A stretch of 64,000 nucleotides of DNA from an uncultured Alphaproteobacteria bacterium (GTDB lineage Bacteria > Pseudomonadota > Alphaproteobacteria > HIMB59 > GCA-002718135): NCBI GenBank assembly GCA_902570155.1, contig CACFXU010000001.1:169360-233359 (forward strand), written 5' to 3'. Each line of letters starts with the position of its first letter. Within the stretch, counting starts at the first letter, position 1. Below, piece by piece: positions 26,883 to 35,590 of this stretch. The position numbers and the translations under genes are program-made. The notes beneath the pieces are model-generated. The model had not been told where the DNA came from and did not search any database. It was given only the letters and a program-made list of their open reading frames with translations.

Positions 26883-28988
26883 CTATTTTCCAATTTTTAA
26901 ATTAGACTTAGCTCTAGATTTGAGTTTTGCTGAACCCCTCCCAGACAAGCTTGGATTTTTGATAAAAAAATTGTGAGAGGAAAATTTTTTCTCTTTGCTT
27001 GATATTTCTTTTTTCTGATAATTGCCATTACTTAACATTTGCCAAGAATTTGTATTATCTGTCATACTGGCAATTAAGATCTGATTTAATATTTGTTCAT
27101 GTACAGTTTCATTTTCAATAGGAATAAATGTTTCAACCCGCCTATCTAGATTTCTTTGCATTAAATCGGCAGAAGAAATAAACAAGATATTTTTTCTATG
27201 AGGGAATTTATGACCGTTATAAAAACAATATATTCTCGTATGTTCTAAAAAACGACCAATTATACTTTTAACAACTATATTTTCCGATAGATTTTCTTTA
27301 CCAGGTATTAGAGAGCAAATTCCTCTTATTAACAATTCAATTTTTACATTTTTTTGAGATGCTTTATAAAATTCATCAATAATTTGTTTATCAACAAGAG
27401 AATTACACTTACAAACTATTCCAGATGGTTTATTTTTTCCAGCATTTGTAATTTCATTTCTAATTAGTTCATTTAATTTGTTTCTTGCAGTTATTGGAGA
27501 ATATACTATTTTTTTTATTGTGGTTGGTTCTGAATAACTAGTTAAATAATTAAACATTTTTGCAGCATCATTTGTTAATGTTTTGTCACAGGTGAAGTAA
27601 GATAAATCCATATAAACTCTTGCATTTCTCGGGTGATAATTACCTGTTCCATAATGTGCGTAATTTACAACAGAATTCATTTGCTTCCTTGTTACAAGTG
27701 TAATTTTTGCATGAGTTTTCATATCAATATTGCCAAAAACAACTTGCGCTCCAGCTAATTCTAATTCTTTTGCCCATTTTAAGTTACGCTCTTCATCAAA
27801 ACGTGCTTGCAACTCTATAATGACAGTTACTAATTTTCCTTTTTGTGCTGCTCTAACTAAACTTGCTTCTATTGGTGAGTCATCAGTAGTTCGATATAAA
27901 GTATGTTTTATTGATAAGACTTTTGGATCATCTGCAGCTTGATCAATAAACTGAGTCACTACTTCAAAAGATTCAAAAGGGTGATGAATAACAATATCTT
28001 TATTTGCTATAGCTTTAAAATAATCATTTTTAAAATCTTTAATTCTTTCAGGAAACCGTACCTTAAATTTTGGAAAAAATAATTTTTTAAAATCTTTCAA
28101 GAAAATTGACTCTATACTCGAAAGATTAACGGGTATTGGCAGTTTATATGTATTTACATCCTTATAGTTAAGTTTTTTATTTATGAATTTAATTAAGTGA
28201 CTAGATATACTTTCATCAAAATCAATTCTTATTACCTCTTGTCTTCTTCTCTCAAAAATAGCTTTTTGAAATACTAAAAATAAATCTTCTCCTTCACCTC
28301 CTAATTCTAATTCACTATTCCTAATTGGTCTAAAAACACCTTTATCCAAAACCCTATCACACTGGAAAATTTCTTTTAAAGAAATAAGTAGGGCTGTCTC
28401 CATAGATACAAAACGTGTTTTTTTACCAGGTAATTTAATAAATTTTTCTAATCCCTCTGGCACTCTCAGTATTCCATAAAAAGTTTTTTTATTATTTATT
28501 AAACGACATACTAAGGTTGTTTCTTTATTTGGTATAAAAGGAAATGGGTGAGATGGATCAATAATAATTGGCGTTAAAACCCCCCAATTATTTTCTTCTA
28601 AATAATTTTTAATAAATGTTTTATCTTTTGTTTTCAGTGTTTTTTCTACATCTATATGGATTTTGTTTTCTGAAAGCTCTCTTAGTAAATCTATCCATAT
28701 TGATTTTATATTTGAAATCATCTTCGATGTTTCTTTATCTATCAGCTTGAGTTGTTGTTGTGGTGTTAATCCATCAAAACTTTTATTTCGTGAAAATTTT
28801 TGAACATTCAATCCTGCTACTCTAACCATAAAAAATTCATCTAAATTAGAGAATGCTATTGATAAAAATCTAACCCTTTCTAAAAGTGGAATTTTACTAT
28901 CAGATGTCTGACTTAAGACTCTTTCATTGAATTTTAGCCAAGACAATTCCCTGTTTGCATAGTTATAAGCAGTATTTTTTTTTAACAT
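26883..28988 (-). CDS. ppk: polyphosphate kinase 1
   Basis: 701 aa, N-terminal NRELSWLKFNERVL, an autophosphorylation His block (KTHAKITLV), and tandem PLD-like C-terminal domains. Confidence 0.95.
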   Translation of the reverse strand: MLKKNTAYNYANRELSWLKFNERVLSQTSDSKIPLLERVRFLSIAFSNLDEFFMVRVAGLNVQKFSRNKSFDGLTPQQQLKLIDKETSKMISNIKSIWIDLLRELSENKIHIDVEKTLKTKDKTFIKNYLEENNWGVLTPIIIDPSHPFPFIPNKETTLVCRLINNKKTFYGILRVPEGLEKFIKLPGKKTRFVSMETALLISLKEIFQCDRVLDKGVFRPIRNSELELGGEGEDLFLVFQKAIFERRRQEVIRIDFDESISSHLIKFINKKLNYKDVNTYKLPIPVNLSSIESIFLKDFKKLFFPKFKVRFPERIKDFKNDYFKAIANKDIVIHHPFESFEVVTQFIDQAADDPKVLSIKHTLYRTTDDSPIEASLVRAAQKGKLVTVIIELQARFDEERNLKWAKELELAGAQVVFGNIDMKTHAKITLVTRKQMNSVVNYAHYGTGNYHPRNARVYMDLSYFTCDKTLTNDAAKMFNYLTSYSEPTTIKKIVYSPITARNKLNELIRNEITNAGKNKPSGIVCKCNSLVDKQIIDEFYKASQKNVKIELLIRGICSLIPGKENLSENIVVKSIIGRFLEHTRIYCFYNGHKFPHRKNILFISSADLMQRNLDRRVETFIPIENETVHEQILNQILIASMTDNTNSWQMLSNGNYQKKEISSKEKKFSSHNFFIKNPSLSGRGSAKLKSRAKSNLKIGK

Positions 28989-29048
28989 AATTTTTTTTTA
29001 TATTTTTTAGGTATAAAAAAAACATGTTCATAAAAAATTCATATTTCT

Positions 29049-29507
29049 TTAATAATTTTTATTTTTTGGTTTTAAAATTTTATCAATAATCCAGTTATTT
29101 TTAAAGGATATTATAGCAAAAGCACAGGTTGGAAAATGTTCAATATTTGAATTACATAAAATATTAATTGAATCTATCAAACTAGGGTTGTGTCCAATGA
29201 TAAGAGTATTTTTTTTTAATTTTTTAATTTTGCTTACAAGTATATTTGGTGGGCATTCATAAATATCGTTATCAATTGTAAATTTTACTGAGCGATCAAA
29301 TGAATTAGAAATTATATCATATGTGCTAGTTGTTCTTTTAGAAGGAGAACATATTATCTGACCAATTTGAAATTTTCTTTTATCTAATATTTTAGAAAAT
29401 TGTTTTGCGTTTCTCACACCTCTTTTATTCAGTGGCCTATCAATGTCATCAAGTTCTAAATTATCCCAACTAGATTTGGCGTGACGTAATAAATAGACTT
29501 GTAGCAT
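29049..29507 (-). CDS. histidine phosphatase superfamily protein, SixA-like
   Basis: 152 aa with LLRHAKS (RH catalytic motif), SPSKRTTST and IGHNPS blocks that parallel SixA. Confidence 0.7.
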   Translation of the reverse strand: MLQVYLLRHAKSSWDNLELDDIDRPLNKRGVRNAKQFSKILDKRKFQIGQIICSPSKRTTSTYDIISNSFDRSVKFTIDNDIYECPPNILVSKIKKLKKNTLIIGHNPSLIDSINILCNSNIEHFPTCAFAIISFKNNWIIDKILKPKNKNY

Positions 29508-29539
29508 TCGAGTTTAATACTTTAGATGTATACATTTCC

Positions 29540-30445
29540 ATGGCTAAAAAGAAAAATAAAAATCCCATAACAGTGATTGATCTAGGCTCTAACACATTTA
29601 GACTAGTTATATATGCGCAAGCTATTCATCCTTTTCCAATACTTTATCAAAAAAGAGAATTCTTAAAATTAGGTGAAAGTATTAAAATAGGTAAACTCCC
29701 ATCGATAAAAATAAAAGAAGCTATAAAATGCTTAGAAGAATATATTAAGATTGCAAAAGATTATGAGTCCTTAGATATTCATATAATTGCAACGGCCGCA
29801 ATTCGTGAAACAATAAATGGAAAAGAAATTATTGAACCCTTCAAGAAAAAAAAGTCAGTTAGAGTAGAAGTGCTCTCACCAAAAAATGAAGCTAAATGCG
29901 GATCTCTAGGTGTAATTAGTTCAATAAAAAATCCAATCGGTTTAGTTGCTGATTTGGGAGGTGGAAGTTTAGAACTTAGTACTATAAAAAATGAAAACAT
30001 ACTTGAAACTAAAAGTTTAAAAATTGGCATCTTAAGAAGTGAATCTGAGATGTACAAAACTACTAAAATTAAATTTGGTAATTTTTTATTTTCTAAATTT
30101 AAAAACCAATCTCTTAAATTTTCTAAAAACGTAGGAAATATTTATGTTATTGGAGGCATGTGGCGCAACCTTGCAAAACTTCATTTGCACCTAAATGGAA
30201 TCAAGAAAAATAAATTACATGGGTACATGATACGATTTTCAGAGTTAGAAATATTTTATCACAAATTATACTCTATGGAAAAAAAACAAATTCAAAAATT
30301 GAATGTTGTCCAACCCAATCGATTAGATAAATTAAAATTATCTACATATATTTTATTTAGCCTTGCTTCATTTTATAACATTAAAAATATTATTTTTGTA
30401 AGATATGGAATCCGTGAAGGCTACTTGTACGATATGTTGAACTAA
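29540..30445 (+). CDS. ppx: Ppx/GppA-family exopolyphosphatase (short, N-terminal catalytic domains only)
   Basis: VIDLGSNTFRLVIY and DLGGGSLEL actin-like ATPase-fold motifs. 301 aa. Confidence 0.8.
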   Translation: MAKKKNKNPITVIDLGSNTFRLVIYAQAIHPFPILYQKREFLKLGESIKIGKLPSIKIKEAIKCLEEYIKIAKDYESLDIHIIATAAIRETINGKEIIEPFKKKKSVRVEVLSPKNEAKCGSLGVISSIKNPIGLVADLGGGSLELSTIKNENILETKSLKIGILRSESEMYKTTKIKFGNFLFSKFKNQSLKFSKNVGNIYVIGGMWRNLAKLHLHLNGIKKNKLHGYMIRFSELEIFYHKLYSMEKKQIQKLNVVQPNRLDKLKLSTYILFSLASFYNIKNIIFVRYGIREGYLYDMLN

Positions 30446-31098
30446 TTTTTAAAAAACAATCTAACAATAAATGTAGCAATAAGAGCACCAATAATCTGAG
30501 CTAAAATAAAACCTAGAACACTTGATGGACTTATTCCACTAAAACTATCTGTAAACATTCTTCCTATTGTTACTGCTGGATTTGCAAAACTTGTTGATGA
30601 AGTAAACCAATATCCTGCGGTAATAAATAGAGCTACACCAATAGCAATTCTTTCCTTGTTTACTTCTTTTAATATAAAAATAGTTAATAATAATCCAACA
30701 GTTGCAATTATTTCTGAAAAGAATTTAAATACACCAACTCTTTCATTGAGTGACCATTCAATTATAGGATATTCAAAATACCAATTTGCAGTTAAACAAC
30801 CAAATATACCAGCAATAATCTGAGTAAAAATAAAAATTATTCCGTAATTAATAGGAATATTTTTTTGGATAATATCACTTAATACAACAGCAGGATTAAA
30901 GTACGCTCCTGAGATATTAATAAACATAGAAATAATTACATATAAAATGGCACCTGTTGCGATAGTGTTTCCTAGTAATATTATACCAAGGTCATTTGAC
31001 ATTAACTCTCCCATAATTCCACTACCTACAACTGTTAGTACAAGAAAATATGTCCCAATAAATTCTGCTAGTATTTTTTGTCTTAAAGAAAATGTCAC
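30442..31098 (-). CDS. MIP-family channel (aquaporin/aquaglyceroporin)
   Basis: Two NPA boxes (FNPAVV, ANPAVT) and 6 TM segments. 218 aa. Confidence 0.9.
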   Translation of the reverse strand: MTFSLRQKILAEFIGTYFLVLTVVGSGIMGELMSNDLGIILLGNTIATGAILYVIISMFINISGAYFNPAVVLSDIIQKNIPINYGIIFIFTQIIAGIFGCLTANWYFEYPIIEWSLNERVGVFKFFSEIIATVGLLLTIFILKEVNKERIAIGVALFITAGYWFTSSTSFANPAVTIGRMFTDSFSGISPSSVLGFILAQIIGALIATFIVRLFFKN

Positions 31099-31118
31099 TA
31101 TAAAATTACCTTAAATAA

Positions 31119-32147
31119 CTAAACTTTTACCATGAATTCTAAAAATTCATTCACACATTTGTCCCAAGTTAATTTAAGAGAAAAATTTCTACAATCAACT
31201 CTTTTTACTTTAAGTGCCTTCTTAACTGATTGTAACAAGTCATTATCTAAAGTGTTAATCTTTTCATCTGTTAATACATCTATGGGCCCGGTTACTGGAT
31301 ATGCAGCAATTGGTGTTCCACTAGCCAATGCTTCAAGTATTACATTTCCTAAAGTGTCTGTTTTAGAAGGAAAGACAAATACATCTGCGTTTGCATAATA
31401 TTTCGCTAGTTCATCTCCAGTTTTTACACCGACAAAATTTATTTCAGGATATTTATTAATATATTTTTGTAATTCGGGACCATCACCCACAACAGTTTTA
31501 TTATAATTTCCTTTAAGTTTTAAAAATTCTTCAATATTTTTTTCAATTGCTACTCTACCAACATAAGTCAGTTGTCTATCTTTACTGTTTGTGTCTCTTT
31601 TATTTGGATTAAATAATTCTGTATCAACACCTCTATTCCAAACTACTAAATTTTTAAAATTATATTTTTTTAACTCATTTAGCATTGAAACTGATGGAAC
31701 AAGAACTCTTTCTGAATCACTATGTAGTCTTCTTAATATGGAGTATGTAAATCTCTTTGGGATAAAAGCTCTTTGCTTAATGTAGTCAGGAAAACGGGTG
31801 TGAAAGGAAGAAGTGTATTGTAGTTTATTTTTAAGACAGTACTTACGACCAGCAAAACCTACCGGACCTTCAGTCATTATATGAACAATATCTGGATTAA
31901 ATTCTTTAAAAAATTTTTCAGTAACTTTTTTAGTATTGTAAGAAATTTTTATTTCTTTGTACCAAGGATAACTAAAATTATTAAACATCTCAGGATGTAA
32001 TATTTTAATTTCAAAACCTTTTTTTTCTAGAATAGGTATAACGCTTTGAAATGTCGTAACTACGCCATTTACCTGAGGAACCCACGCATCACTAATTAAC
32101 GCGATTTTTTTAGGCTGCATCCTCTTTAATTTTTCGTCTTTCTTCAA
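31119..32147 (-). CDS. agt: GT4-family glycosyltransferase, probable glycolipid synthase of the PlcP-Agt lipid-remodelling pair
   Basis: It has a GT-B fold and the E-x7-E region (ETLGNVILEALASGTPIAAY). It lies immediately downstream of and overlapping plcP. The start could be the second Met (32120). Confidence 0.7.
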   Translation of the reverse strand: MKKDEKLKRMQPKKIALISDAWVPQVNGVVTTFQSVIPILEKKGFEIKILHPEMFNNFSYPWYKEIKISYNTKKVTEKFFKEFNPDIVHIMTEGPVGFAGRKYCLKNKLQYTSSFHTRFPDYIKQRAFIPKRFTYSILRRLHSDSERVLVPSVSMLNELKKYNFKNLVVWNRGVDTELFNPNKRDTNSKDRQLTYVGRVAIEKNIEEFLKLKGNYNKTVVGDGPELQKYINKYPEINFVGVKTGDELAKYYANADVFVFPSKTDTLGNVILEALASGTPIAAYPVTGPIDVLTDEKINTLDNDLLQSVKKALKVKRVDCRNFSLKLTWDKCVNEFLEFMVKV

Positions 32148-32922
32148 AAGAAATTAATTTTAATTTTTCTCTTTCTTCGGGCCAATTAAGAATAGATAAA
32201 TTGCCAATTTCATCTTCAACGAGTGCTGTGCAACTTTCAATCCAGTCACCATCATTACAATAGAGAACACCATTTAATTCCTTTATTTCAGGTCTATGTA
32301 TATGCCCGCACACAACAACATCGGCATTTTCTCTTCTTGCCCTATCAGATACAGCAAACTCAAAATTACTAATAAAGTTTGTTGCATGCTTTGTTTTCTT
32401 TTTTAAATATTGAGACAGTGACCAATAAGATAAACCCATCTTTCGTCGAATAAAATTAAATACATTATTTAACTTTAGTAAATATTCATAAAGTGCTGAT
32501 CCCACTTTGGCTAACCATCTTGCATTAATGATCACAGCATCAAATTCATCTCCGTGTGTAATCAGTACTTTCCTTCCATCAGCTAATTGATGTGTATCTT
32601 CATTTTTGATTGAAATTTCTCCAAAGGAAAAATTTGTAAAATCTTTTAATACTTCATCATGATTTCCTGGGATAAGCACTACCCTAGTTCCATTTTTCGC
32701 TTTCTTTAAAACTTTTTGAACCACGTCGTTATGTTCTTGTGGCCAATACATTTTCTTACGCATGCGCCATCCATCAACAATGTCGCCTACTAAAAATAAA
32801 TATTCCGAATCTGTTTCTTCTAAGAATTCTAAAAGCATTTTGCTTTTACAACCACTGGTTCCTAGGTGGGTATCCGAAATCCAAATTGTGCGGTAAAATT
32901 TTTTATTACTTTCAAATTTCAT
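32110..32922 (-). CDS. plcP: LpxH-like metallophosphoesterase, probable phospholipase C PlcP
   Basis: Motifs ISDTHLG, VGDIVDGW, IPGNHDE, ITHGDEFD, VCGHIHRP. Pairing with a GT4 gene matches the P-stress lipid renovation operon described in SAR11 and other marine heterotrophs. Confidence 0.75.
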   Translation of the reverse strand: MKFESNKKFYRTIWISDTHLGTSGCKSKMLLEFLEETDSEYLFLVGDIVDGWRMRKKMYWPQEHNDVVQKVLKKAKNGTRVVLIPGNHDEVLKDFTNFSFGEISIKNEDTHQLADGRKVLITHGDEFDAVIINARWLAKVGSALYEYLLKLNNVFNFIRRKMGLSYWSLSQYLKKKTKHATNFISNFEFAVSDRARRENADVVVCGHIHRPEIKELNGVLYCNDGDWIESCTALVEDEIGNLSILNWPEEREKLKLISFEERRKIKEDAA

Positions 32923-32976
32923 TAATTAAAGATTTGTTCTTATACATAAAAGTATCATTTTATAATACAATTTATT

Positions 32977-33007
32977 ATTATATGTGTGTATTGTATAAAA
33001 ATAACAG
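32977..33007 (-). promoter_or_regulatory. candidate Pho-dependent promoter of plcP-agt
   Basis: Minus strand reads CTGTTAT-TTTT-ATACAAT-ACACACA-TATAAT. The first half-site matches CTGTCAT at 6/7, and a perfect -10 hexamer sits at 32982..32977. Confidence 0.3.
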
Positions 33008-33008
33008 T

Positions 33009-33509
33009 ATGACGCAGAAAATTTGGTTTAAAAAAAAATCACCCCTTCACGGTTCTGGATTATTTGCAAAAACTAATATTAAAAAAGGCCAGAAAGTAAT
33101 CCAATATATTGGTGATAAAGTTACTAAAAGAGAGGGTGACAAAAGAGCAGATAAACAAATCCGCAAAGCAAAAAAAGATAAAAATAACGGCATGGTCTAT
33201 GTTTTTGAACTAAACAAGCGATACGACATAGACGGTGATGTTGATTATAACTTTGCAAAATTTATTAATCACTCATGTAATCCGAATTGTGAAGTAGACA
33301 TCATAGATAATGAGATTTGGATTTCTTCTATTAAACGAATAAAAAAAGGAGACGAACTTTTCTATAACTATGGTTATCCTTTTGATACAGATTTTGTGGA
33401 TCACATTTGTAAGTGTGGTTCTAGAAATTGTGTAGGTTATATTTTAAGTGACAATGATTGGCCAAAATTAAAAAAATATGAAAAAAAAACTAAGACTAAG
33501 TCTAAGTAA
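33009..33509 (+). CDS. SET-domain protein (putative protein-lysine methyltransferase) with post-SET Cys cluster
   Basis: GSGLFA, NHSCNPNC, ELFYNYG and CKCGSRNCVG motifs. I moved the start to ATG 33009 (MTQKIWF), because the track's 32739 start overlaps plcP. Confidence 0.85.
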   Translation: MTQKIWFKKKSPLHGSGLFAKTNIKKGQKVIQYIGDKVTKREGDKRADKQIRKAKKDKNNGMVYVFELNKRYDIDGDVDYNFAKFINHSCNPNCEVDIIDNEIWISSIKRIKKGDELFYNYGYPFDTDFVDHICKCGSRNCVGYILSDNDWPKLKKYEKKTKTKSK

Positions 33510-34530
33510 GATACCTTCGATTATTATTGCAATTGATACAAATAAGGAAATAATTTTTTACAATAATGCAGCTAAACAAAAATTTTTATTTATAGATGAA
33601 GGAAGAGATCTCAATAATATTATTAGATCAACAGAGTTAAATACTTTTATTGATAAAGCCTTTAGGGAGAAAGAAGATTTTAGGTTTGAATTCACCCCAT
33701 CTAATTTTAGTGATATGTATTTTATTGCTGACTTAATATTTGTTGAAAAAGATTATGAACAATTATTAATATCACTAAACGATCAAAGTCTTCTTAAAAA
33801 CTACGAACAAATGCGAACAGATTTTGTGGCTAATGTAAGCCATGAATTGAGAACTCCTCTTTCCTCAATTCTAGGCTATGTTGAAACAATTAAAAATTCA
33901 CTCAATGAAGATAAGAACAAAGACAAAACGGTTGGTAAATTTTTAGACACAATGGAAGATCAGGCTTGGCGTATGACTAGATTAGTCGAAGATTTATTAT
34001 TACTAAGTAAATATGAGACTGAAGATAAGCCGATAGAATTTCAAGAAGCGAATATAAGGCAATTAATTGATGGCGTAGTAGATAATTTACAAAACAAGTT
34101 AATGGCAAAAAAAATTGAAGTTCAAATCAAGGATGATTTTGATAAGTCTACAATATCAGCAAACAAAGATGCTTTGATTCAAGTTTTTTTAAATCTAACT
34201 GATAATGCAATCAAATATAGCAAAGAAAATTCTACTATTGAAATTGAGCTTGAGAGTGTAATTGATGACAATACCACCTTTTGCCAAATAAGTTTTATAG
34301 ATAAGGGAGAAGGCATATCGAAAGAGCATTTAACTAGACTTACTGAAAGATTTTATAGAGTAGATAAAAATAGATCTCGAAATCAAGGCGGTACGGGTTT
34401 GGGTTTATCTATTGTTAAACATATAACTAATAGGCATAATGGTAAATTATCGATAAAAAGCAAGGTAGATAAGGGTTCAACATTTACTATTTCTTTACCA
34501 GTATTTCAGCAAACTGTAATAAATCCTTAA
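33478..34530 (+). CDS. phoR: phosphate-regulon sensor histidine kinase PhoR (no membrane anchor)
   Basis: PAS-like N-terminus (IIIAIDTNKEIIFYNNAA), H-box FVANVSHELRTPLSS, N-box LTDNAIKYS, G-boxes DKGEGI / GGTGLGLSIV. It sits directly upstream of pstS. Confidence 0.85.
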   Translation: MKKKLRLSLSKIPSIIIAIDTNKEIIFYNNAAKQKFLFIDEGRDLNNIIRSTELNTFIDKAFREKEDFRFEFTPSNFSDMYFIADLIFVEKDYEQLLISLNDQSLLKNYEQMRTDFVANVSHELRTPLSSILGYVETIKNSLNEDKNKDKTVGKFLDTMEDQAWRMTRLVEDLLLLSKYETEDKPIEFQEANIRQLIDGVVDNLQNKLMAKKIEVQIKDDFDKSTISANKDALIQVFLNLTDNAIKYSKENSTIEIELESVIDDNTTFCQISFIDKGEGISKEHLTRLTERFYRVDKNRSRNQGGTGLGLSIVKHITNRHNGKLSIKSKVDKGSTFTISLPVFQQTVINP

Positions 34531-34531
34531 T
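34514..34531 (+). promoter_or_regulatory. Pho-box-like repeat upstream of pstS (CTGTAAT-AAAT-CCTTAAT)
   Basis: The first half-site matches CTGTCAT at 6/7. It lies within the last codons of phoR, 40-60 nt upstream of the pstS start. Confidence 0.25.
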
Positions 34532-34572
34532 ATATATTCTGTAGGACAACCTTATTTTAAATGAGGCTTAAT

Positions 34573-35568
34573 ATGAAAAATGTAATCAAATTAATTGCTG
34601 TCCTTGCTTTATTTGGAACTACTTCAGTTTCAGCAAGAGACTATATTTCAATTGTAGGATCTTCTACAGTTTATCCTTTCGCTACTTTAGTTGCTGAAAA
34701 AATGGCATCTCAAGGAATGAAAGCACCCGTAATTGAATCAACTGGTTCTGGTGGAGGACACAAATTATTTTGTGCAGGTGTTGGAGTTGAACATCCAGAT
34801 ATCACTAACTCTTCAAGAGCACAAAAAGATAAAGAATTCAAACTTTGTCAAGATGGTGGTGTAACCGATATCATCGAAGTTAGAGTTGGTAATGATGGTA
34901 TAGCTTTTGCATACGCTGCAGATTATGAATGGAAATATACTAACGGTGCTACAATGAAAGGTGGCATTGATTTAACTAAAGAAGAAATCTGGCAGGCAAT
35001 GGCTAGAGATAATGCAAATGCTCCAACAACTTGGTATGAAATAGATAAAAGATTACCAAAAGTTGAAATTTCTATCATGGCACCTCCTCCAACTTCTGGA
35101 ACAAGAGATGCATTTGACTCACTTGTAATGAAAAAGGGTTGTGTTAAAGATATGTTAGTTGCTGACGGTGATTGTCAAGCGTATCGTGAAGATGGCCATG
35201 TTATTGAAGGTGGTGAAAATGATGAACTGTATGTTGAGCATATAACTAAAGAACAAGGTGCATTCGGTATCTTTGGTTATAGTTTTGTATCTAATAATTC
35301 TGATAAAGTTAAAGCGTCAATGATTAACGGTGTTGAAATCTCTATGGAAGGTATCCAAGATTATTCATATCCAATAGCAAGACCTTTATTCTTCTACATT
35401 AAAAAAGCACACATTGGTGTTATTCCTGGTTTAATGGATTATGTTAATGAGTTTGTAAGTGAAGAAGCAACAGAAGGTTACTTACTAGATGCTGGACTTG
35501 TTCAACTAAGTCCTGCGGATAGAGCAGCTGTTCTTGATGCTATTTCTAATCAAACAAATTATAAATAA
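34573..35568 (+). CDS. pstS: phosphate ABC transporter substrate-binding protein
   Basis: Signal peptide, SSTVYPF and TSGTRD phosphate-binding blocks. I prefer ATG 34573 (GAGG 6 nt upstream) to the track's 34561. Confidence 0.9.
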   Translation: MKNVIKLIAVLALFGTTSVSARDYISIVGSSTVYPFATLVAEKMASQGMKAPVIESTGSGGGHKLFCAGVGVEHPDITNSSRAQKDKEFKLCQDGGVTDIIEVRVGNDGIAFAYAADYEWKYTNGATMKGGIDLTKEEIWQAMARDNANAPTTWYEIDKRLPKVEISIMAPPPTSGTRDAFDSLVMKKGCVKDMLVADGDCQAYREDGHVIEGGENDELYVEHITKEQGAFGIFGYSFVSNNSDKVKASMINGVEISMEGIQDYSYPIARPLFFYIKKAHIGVIPGLMDYVNEFVSEEATEGYLLDAGLVQLSPADRAAVLDAISNQTNYK

Positions 35569-35590
35569 AAATCTTAAATTTTTATAAAAT

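Noticed and set aside
32739-33008. 90-codon upstream extension of the SET-domain ORF
   Set aside because: It lies antisense to the plcP coding sequence and shows low-complexity, non-protein-like sequence. The SET domain is complete from the ATG at 33009.
33481-33489. A9 homopolymer at the SET/phoR overlap (atgAAAAAAAAActa), considered as a possible slippage or phase-variation site
   Set aside because: Poly-A runs encoding Lys are common throughout this AT-rich window. Nothing here indicates frame switching, and both frames read sensibly as they stand.
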